Position numbers and translations under genes: made by a program. A stretch of 64,000 nt of DNA from Octopus sinensis (taxonomy: Eukaryota): positions 110,856,001 through 110,920,000 of the forward strand of contig NC_042999.1 of NCBI RefSeq assembly GCF_006345805.1, in the 5' to 3' direction. Positions 54,832 through 64,000 of the stretch are shown here, piece after piece. Within the stretch, counting starts at the first letter, position 1, and each line of letters begins with the position of its first letter. The notes beneath the pieces are model-generated. The model was not told the DNA's origin and ran no database searches. It worked only from the letters and a program-made list of their open reading frames with translations.

Positions 54832-55304
54832 ATTATTATTATTATTATTATTACACTGGTTCCTTACAAAAACAACAACAAATTAATTGCGTAAAAGGTG
54901 AGAGATATAGCTGGTGTTACAAACAGCATTGTATTCCTTATTTATCAATTTGAGTGATGCTAACACAAAAGTGTTCTTGGCAAGATCAATCCAATCTTCA
55001 CCAGAATTATTATCTTGCTACTGTATTATAAACAATCAACACAACTATAAAAAGTAAATTTTATTACAGAAATAACAAGAATTTTATGAAAAACTATTAC
55101 ATTATCTAATTTTATATTGTTTTTTTTATTTGAACTAAAACACTTTGTCTTTATACATTTTTATACCCATACATATATAAATACATTCATATATATGTAT
55201 GTATGTATGTATGTATATATGTCTGTCTGTATGTATTCATTTATACATGCATATAAACACAAATATGTACATCCATACAAATATACACATACAAGGCCAC
55301 AAGC

Positions 55305-55342
<38 letters not shown>

Positions 55343-55421
55343 CATATGTATGCATATACATATATGTGTGTGTATATATATATATTTGCATGTATATGTA
55401 TGTATATACATATATATGCAC

Positions 55422-55465
<44 letters not shown>

Positions 55466-55467
55466 TA

Positions 55468-55564
<97 letters not shown>

Positions 55565-55829
55565 ATAAGTATATACATACACACACACATGTATATACAT
55601 ATGTACACACTCACGCACACACTTTTGAGGGGAATAATGGTGAATAAGAAAATTGAAAGAAAGACTTAAAGAAAAAAAGCAAATCCTGTTATTTTTTTCT
55701 GTCTCGATAAAATAAATTATAAATACAAAGAAATCAACAAGAAATAATTGAATAACTATAAATACTAGGTTTTGTGTGTTCTTTATGGAAAGGTTAATGA
55801 TGACAGTAACAGAGCAAGAAAGTTTTCGT

Positions 55830-56300
55830 TCCTATTTTTTTTATTTGTCTGAGAAGGGGTAGAAAGTGCCTATGACCTTTGCCAGCCCTCACAGCCTGGT
55901 GAGAGTAATGTTATTGATGTTTAATTTGAACATGTGCAGGAGGAACATGGGTAGGGAAGGAATTTAGGAGGCTTGATTCTCTGGTGAGCAGTGATTGAAT
56001 AATCTGTTCCATGTAGGATCTGAAGAAATAAGACATAGTAAGGATGAAGAAAAAATGATGAGACAGGAGTGGTAACGGTATGTATTTGTATGAAATGGTA
56101 TCCAGCTTACTAGCTCAGGGATGCTGTTAGTGTAGTATCAGTTGAAGAGAATGACTGGAAAAATAATACATCTCTGAGTCAGTTATCATCTGCTGTAGAG
56201 TTTTGGTGTGTCTCTTGGATGTGGTCTAGAATGTTTCTAATGCTTTTGCAGGTGCTATTGCAGGAACACAACTGCAGATAAGTGAGCAGTGTTTCAATCT
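55830..56300 (-). pseudogene. Possible decayed APE-endonuclease region of a LINE
   Basis: SIRNILDHIQETH resembles the APE (L/I)QETH motif. The remainder is heavily decayed. Confidence 0.3.
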
Positions 56301-57910
56301 GAATTACATTTCTACATGTGAAAACTGGAGTATTTAATGAATCAGTAGAATGCATTCTAGTTGTTATGATGCAAATCTGGCAACACAAGATTGTCATGGG
56401 AAATTGTTACAGTTTGTAACCTAGCATTTCGAGGCAGCATTGATCATGTATAAGAAATATATGAATCATAAACATTTCCAATGGGGCTAAGCATTCTGTT
56501 TGCATTGGAAAATGTTTGAAGTCTCTTTTTGTAGGAAAAGAAAAAAAAAATTTTTTACTAATGTAAAGCTGGTGTGAGTCTTTTGAAGTGAATTTTGGTT
56601 TTTAAATAATTTTATGATCAGTACCATAGTATATGTTTTATTGAGTGAAAGAGACAAATAAAGAAAAATATGCCAAAGTAATGAGCTATTTTATACTTTT
56701 GCCTTGCAGGGCATTATTCCATGGCTGAAGATAAAGATAGTAAACATTAGCAGGTTTCTGAATAATTATAGTTCTTAAGCAAAGCAAAAATTAGAAACCA
56801 GATTAAACTAGTGATGATCTGTGTTGCCAAAACTCTAGCAAAATTTGTGAGTTTAGATAAGTCTTGTCTACCATGAGAAGAAGAATTGGTAGTCGTCAGA
56901 GATTTAGATAGAATCCCGCACATTATTTGTTTCAACTGTATGCGTTCTGTGTTCAAATCCCACTGAGGTCAGCTTTACCTTTCATCATTTCAGAGCCAAT
57001 AAAACAGTACCAATGCAGAGTGGCAGATTGTTGGAAGCACAAAAGATCAAACTGAATGCCATGCACTATTTCTTCTGACTCTTTGCTTTTTTAGTTCAGA
57101 TCACACCGTGGCATTCATGGGTGGAAGATTTAATCCATCCCCCAGTTTAACACAACTACCTTGAGTACCTTTTGTAGATTCCCACCACCACCACCATCAC
57201 CAATGCCACCACTCTTTTACAAGCATTTGGTCGCCAGTTTGGAGATAACTTCTCCTCCTTTCACCTGTCATAGAGAAACTGTGAAGGGTCACAGCCCCTG
57301 CTTAATCTTGTGACTGAAAGACCAAAGTAAATAGAGGAATACTGAACATTATTCAAAAAAGCAGAAACATGTTTAGAATTACTTCCCATACATACAAAAA
57401 ATGTGAATTGGAGGGGTGGGGTGAATATTAGTCCTCAACTATTGTATTTGCTTTCCTGTGTGCATATACTGTTTTTTTTGTGTGTGTTCCATACATATGT
57501 GTTAAAAATAATATATGATAATATCAAAATAGTTAGTTACATCACTGCAAAAACATTCTAAGAATCTGGACAATCTTTCGTTTTGGAAATATCTATTTCT
57601 AGCAGCTTGTATAATTTTACAGTGGCCTTATTCTTGGTTGGTTAGTTTATTAAAAACTTCTAGAGAGGTCCACATCATAAATAACAAAAAAAAAACAAGC
57701 AAAAGAAAAGAAGGAATATATCTTTGTTATTCACTTACAGTTCTTTATGGATATTCCTGATATTCATGTAATTCGTGTGTAGGTTATTATTTTTTTTTTT
57801 TTGTCCTTGCTGTTATTCTAGTTGTTGTTTTAAATCTTAAAGCATTTTATAAAATAAATAAATAAGATTTATAGTGAGGCAATAACAATTTTTGAAAACT
57901 AATGATCACA

Positions 57911-57941
<31 letters not shown>

Positions 57942-58736
57942 CGATGTGAATAATAATAATAATGATGATGCTGATGATGGTGATAACGATGAGGATGCTG
58001 ATGATGCTGATGATGAAGATGTGGATGTGGATGATGATTTTGATGGTGGTGGTAATAATAATAAAGGTAATAATAACAGCAACAACAAGAACAATAATAA
58101 TAATAAATAATAAAAAATAATGATGATAATGATGATAATGATAATAATAATATATCGAATCTAGAAAGAAAGACCATAAAATATATTTTTTAAAGAATTA
58201 AATAAATAAGAAAGAATTAAAAGATTAAATGCAAAAGTAAAAAAAAATTGGAAAATGTGAAACAAAATGTTAGTTGGAATTGGTAAAGCAACCAACAGAA
58301 ATTAGCAAGGTGTGAAGAATAGAGTAAGTATTTCTGTGGATGATTGGCAATGAGTTCTGAAATAGATAAAGAAAAGCAGAAGCAAAACTATAGAACCACC
58401 TAACTGCACCAAATTGTCCAATAAGGCTTGATCAGAAGTCATGCCAAGTGGAATGGAAATATCAATGTAAACTATTTTCTTTCTTTCCTAGTCTTATTTC
58501 TATTTACTATAGATTTTTACTCTTTTATTTCGAAAACAAAATCCTGTGCAATACTGATTTATAAAGAAAAGATAAAGAAAAAATTAAAAAAATTAAAAAG
58601 AAGACAAAAAATAGTAAGTATTCAAACTAGTAAAAATTAATGAAGTCTTTAATTGCACGCATTACAAAACAGAATTGAGAAGTCCATTCATAGAACTAAC
58701 TGAATGTACACTTAAAAAAATATACATATATTTGTG

Positions 58737-58781
<45 letters not shown>

Positions 58782-61366
58782 GTATACATATATATACATA
58801 TACATACATTTATGAATATGTATATGTATGCATGTACATACATATATATATATATGTATGTATAAATATATGTATATGTATCTATGCACACATATGTACA
58901 TACATACATGCATACATACACATATACACACAAACATGTATGTATATGCATATATATATATATGTGTGTACAAGTGTGACTTCAAATTTTTGAATATGTA
59001 CGTGTGTGTCTGTGTACATCTGTATAAGTGTATATAAATATATGTGTGCGTATATATTCCTAAAATGCTTTCTAAATTGTATGTATGTTGCAAATAAATA
59101 ATATACTGGTGTTGATGTGTTTAATTTCAAGGCTTGAAAGTTTTGCTGTATTTGTAAAAGAAATATTGTTAATTTTCTTAATGTGTTTAATGTATTGTGC
59201 AAATAAAATCAGGAAGAATTGGCTAACTATTGAGATATAGCAAATTTTATGATGCATTTGGCCTATATTTCTAAAACCAAAACCTAAAAAAAAAAAACGG
59301 AAAAAGCCAAAAAAAAAGAGAGGAAAAATGACTAGAAAAGAAATATTTCTTATTGTTAAGATTCTTTGTAATGCTTTTAGCATTATGAAAATACACTTGG
59401 TTAAACAGTAATGACACAAGACATGCTTGAATATATGTAATATAACCTGTATGGTATATTTGTTTTTTCCCTTTTGTTAATAATGGTTACAGATAGTTCC
59501 TTAGGATATCGAAAAGAATAAACCATCTAAAAATGACTTTTGATTTTGTTTCGCTTCCCTAAGTCAGACTTGGTCAAAGATCTTGTTAATATCTAGAACC
59601 AGGTCTACAAATGCATGAAAAGTCTATTTATTATTTTGTTGTTTGTTTATCATTACACACACACACACACGCATTTATATATATTTATATATATTTTAGA
59701 TATATATCATGTATATGTTTAGCAATAGTATTTTATGGTGAATATTATACTGGATGTTTGCTTATGAAATATTTTTTTATCTTCTAACACTCTCAGATGT
59801 GCAAATTTAAATCAATGTTTAAAGTTGAGCCCACTCTATACTTCACACATACATATACACACACATGTACTCACACATACTCACATATACATACATACAT
59901 GTTTGTTTATTATTTATTTAACCTTTTGGTTGTCTCAGTCAATGGACTGTCATCAACCTGAGACACCAACTTCAAGGAACTTTCTTTTTTTAGTTGATTA
60001 ACTATCAACCCAAGTACTTCGTGTAATTTTTTATTTTACAAATACTGGAAGGAAGAAAAGCAAAGTAGACTTAGGTGGAGCTTAGAACTCAAAACATAAA
60101 GATACATTATAAAACAACACAAAGTATTGTGTCTGATGCTCTTCAGGTTATGACATCTACCCACTGATGTTTATGCATACAAATACGCACACATTTATAA
60201 GTGTATGTATGCATGTTGGTAAAATGCATATATATATATTAAATAAGTGAAGGCATATGGCTTAGTGGTTAGGGGCATCCAGCTCATAATTCTAAGGTCA
60301 TGAGTTTAATTCCTTGTGACATGTGTGCTTGAACAAGATACTTTATTCCTATTGTCAAAGTCCACTCATCTGGCAAAAATGAGTAGTGCCTGTATTTTAA
60401 AGGGACAGCTTTGTTATGTTCTGTATCATGCCAAATCTCCTTGAGAACTACATTAAGGGTACACATGTCTGTGGAGTGCTCAGTCACTTGCCCGTTAACT
60501 TCACGAGCAGGCTGTTCTGTTGATTGGATCAAGTAGAACCCTCGTCAATGTAACTGACAGAGTGCCAGTGATATATGTAGGTGACTTTAAACTGCACCCA
60601 CTAGTGGGGCTTTGGTTTAGGTGTTTGAGACTTTTAAAGAGTGTAGAAGCATCTCTTAGCCATTATTGTTCCCAGCTCTAATCTGACCCAGCATAGTAAC
60701 ATCTGCCAGGGTTTCGGTTATGGATTAAGTAGCATATGTGATGAAATCCATCTGAGCTTGGGGATGCAAAAAGACCCTTGGTTGGTGTTAGGGCATGCAG
60801 AAAACCCACAGGGAGTGAAGGACACTTAGCAGTTGTCACATCCTTCTAGGTAAGACCAGTCTAAAGTAAAACCTGTGGTTTCACCTGATTACTGTTATCT
60901 TGTTCTGGCCTGTCACTAGATCCTAATCACGGTGACTCAGAGAGTAACACTCATGTGGTACAAGTGTTCATCTCTATAACTCAGTGACATACGGATGTCC
61001 CCTTACGATGATCTCATTTGTTATCCCACTTATTGAAATTCCTATGGTAATAGAAGACTGGTGATGTGTGGAAACCAAAGCTGTCAAAGCATGCAGTAAG
61101 TTACAACTTTCTACTGTTTCTGATGCTTTAAACCATATAGATCTTCAGTGAGACTGAATTGTCATCTGAGAGGTCATGGATGGAAAGTCAGAAATGCCAA
61201 TGGCAATGAGGAACTGCAAGGGACTGGCAACTATGTGTGAAAATGGGACAATCACCATGTATATAGAGTGGTGGGTAGGTTTGTTGGTAGATAGACAGGT
61301 ATGCATATTGGTGAGAGAAATGCAAATCAGTATTTATAATCATAAAACATATATTTGTGTGTGCGT

Positions 61367-61428
<62 letters not shown>

Positions 61429-62368
61429 GTGCGTGTGTGTGTGTGTATGTTTGTGTGTCTGTGTTTGTCCCCACCATCACTTGACAACCAATACCGGTGT
61501 GTTTATGTCCCTGAAACTTAGCAGTTTGACAAAAGAGACTGATAGAATAAGGGTTGATAGATGTGGGGTTGATTTGTTTGACTTGAGAGGATGGGTACAC
61601 AAGAACATTTATGTTTCATCTCACAGAAAAAGATGAAGAAATTAGCCACAAGGCAATGAGATTTCTATAATTCCTCATGCAATAAATTACTCAAAAAATA
61701 AAATACTGCAGCCCTCCCCCCACTAAAAAAGAGAAACAAAAAAACTATCTGAATAATTATAGCTCTTCCCAAATGGGATACCAAATAGGGGGATAGTTAT
61801 TGTTGTTGTTTGATACAATTTTAGACCTGAGTGAGCAGAACTATGATCAAAGGTATTTCAGCAGTGACTGTTGGAGATATTCCAAGACAGTTCCACATTG
61901 CAAACTTAAAGCCACAATGTTCAAAAATATCGAATCTTATATCACATTGCTGGTCTGGCTTTGAGGTTCTTATTCAAGGCTATTTTTATATGTCCAATGA
62001 ACTAAATCCCTCTTTACCTAGCATTGAGGTTCTTGTCTGTGACTGATTTTATATATACAAAGGACTCACAAATATATACACACACACACATATAGACAGA
62101 GATAGATATATACACATATACATATAAGTATATATATATATATATACACTCACACACACACACATACATATATATATTGTATATAGGTGCAGCAGTGGCT
62201 GTATGATAAGTAGCTTGCTTACGAACTACATGGTTCTGGGTTCAGTCCCACTGCATGGCACCTTAGGCAAGAGTCTTCTACTACAGCCTTGGGCTGACCA
62301 AAGCCTTGTGAGTGGATTTAGTAGACGGAAACTGAAAGAAGCCCATCATATAGATATATATACATATA

Positions 62369-62829
62369 TATATATTGTTTTATTTAGGAATGGTCATTTT
62401 GCCAGTTTAGCCAATAAAAACACATGCACTATATATTTGGTGTTATTTTGCTTCAGTGTTATTTATTTTTTACATTAATCTTAATCTTATTTCGGCCAGA
62501 GTTCTTTCGTCAAACTCCTGTGACCGCATCAGTGGTCCTTTGTTTTCTTCTTTCTTATTTGTGTCTCTCTTTACTCACCGTCAGCCATTTTGTATTTCTA
62601 TTGTATGTCTTCATTTGCACATGCTTATATCTCTATGTGCATCTATGTTTATTTAGTGTGTGTGTGTGGGGGGGATGCCTGTAATATTTGTATCTTCTGT
62701 TTATATATGTTCATGTAATTTGTTTTTGTTGTTGTTGTTTTTGTTTATTCTTATTTTGTTCATGTGTTTACATCCAAATATTATTATTATCATTACGTAT
62801 GCTTGTATGTATGTATAACAACAATACTA

Positions 62830-62862
<33 letters not shown>

Positions 62863-62912
62863 TTTATTGGCTAAACTGGCAAAATGACCATTCCGAAATA
62901 TAACAATATATA
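62369..62912. mobile_element. Element with 51-bp inverted termini and Penelope-like internal sequence
   Basis: 62369-62419 and 62862-62912 are inverted repeats with 2 mismatches. A degenerate hammerhead motif lies inside. Confidence 0.6.
62496..62535 (-). ncRNA. Degenerate minimal hammerhead motif
   Basis: CCA-CUGAUGCG-GUCA[8 nt]UGAC-GAAA-GAAC-UC-UGG. Confidence 0.4.
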
Positions 62913-62918
62913 AACGTA

Positions 62919-62973
<55 letters not shown>

Positions 62974-62984
62974 AATCTCTCACC

Positions 62985-63190
62985 AGATCATCCTACATGC
63001 ATCCGCTTGATGCAGAAGCTGTAGGCTGGAAAAGGCCCCATGACAGGCCACATACAAGATGGCTGTACATAATTAAGAAAGACCTTCAGAGGCTCAACAT
63101 CCTCTTGGAGGATGCAGATGGTCTAGCACAGGATTACCAGTGATGGAGGGCACCAGTGGACCTGGTCATCTCTAAACATGATTGATGATG
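62985..63190 (+). pseudogene. RTE LINE 3' fragment
   Basis: GWKRPHDRPHTRWLYIIKKDLQRLNILLEDADGLAQDYQ*WRAPVDLV. Confidence 0.75.
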
Positions 63191-63455
63191 CATCTGAGAC
63201 CCCTAACTTGGAATTATCATCAGCAAGACCATGAGTGAGAGAGTTTGATATTTGTATCCAATGAATCCACTGGTGTATTACCTATATTTAATCATGAGCA
63301 TTAGTGTTAATGCTCGTAAGTGATAGGTAAAGACAAGAATAAACTAAGGTTTACCAATATTCAAGGTAAGCAGAAAATGGATACAAGATTGATGAATAAT
63401 AATTGATTTACATCAATTATCATTTATTAATTAATTACAAAAAGACAGAATCTCA

Positions 63456-63567
63456 ACTTACAGCTGTTTCGGTTAGCCTGATTCCCAGGCTTAACCATAA
63501 TAATAATTATTATTATCATTGTAAGTAATTAATTATACCAACTTGAATCAGGGAACTTCATCAGAGT
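63456..63567 (-). ncRNA. Hammerhead motif with an extended helix II
   Basis: ACU-CUGAUGA-A-GUUCCCUGAUUC...GAAUCAGGCUAAC-C-GAAA-CAGCUG-UA-AGU. Helix III is the palindrome ACAGCUGU. Confidence 0.5.
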
Positions 63568-63626
63568 GGTAAAGTAAATAAAATAAGGTTTGTGATTCAA
63601 ATCTTCTACTTTCCTTATACATACAT

Positions 63627-63657
<31 letters not shown>

Positions 63658-63677
63658 AATATATATATATATAAATA

Positions 63678-63728
<51 letters not shown>

Positions 63729-63736
63729 ATATATAT

Positions 63737-63790
<54 letters not shown>

Positions 63791-64000
63791 ATATATATAT
63801 GGCCACAGTATTTGGGATGAAACTGAAATGCATAAGTGAATATATACACATACACTCATGTATGCAGTTGCTAACGTTGCACACATCATTTCCTTTTCCT
63901 TGCTTATATAGATACCGTTTTTAATTATTTTGTTGTCATTACTAATGTTAAGGTAACACCCAAATGAACTATCTGTTGTGACAGTTTCAGACAAAACAAA

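Noticed and set aside
60570-61200. Possible decayed LINE RT (SVTYGCPLTM resembling RQGCPLS)
   Set aside because: Only one weak motif is present and the catalytic YADD cannot be recovered without arbitrary edits.

Overview
AT-rich, microsatellite-saturated animal DNA. The repeat repertoire resembles that of a coleoid cephalopod such as Octopus (inference). No prokaryotic features or CRISPR array are present, and nearly all ORF-track entries are microsatellite artefacts. The only long real ORF (875 aa, 50520-53147, minus) is a young, 5'-truncated R4/Dong-clade non-LTR retrotransposon with RT, a CCHC knuckle and a restriction-like endonuclease, inserted in (TAA)n. At its 5' end is an 18-unit array of alternating 36/37-bp repeats built from its own coding sequence plus target-like bases. 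Two older, distinct R4/Dong fragments flank it. The rest of the window contains a complete but decayed DD37D (maT) transposon, three non-autonomous Helitrons, a Helentron-like element, several MITE/fold-back palindromes, many RTE fragments, four tRNA-derived SINE families, and 4-5 minimal hammerhead-ribozyme motifs of the Penelope-associated type. Three phase-compatible short exons (48.8, 41.1 and 27.6 kb, minus) may belong to an unidentified host gene. SINE family letters are my own labels, and boundaries of decayed elements are approximate.
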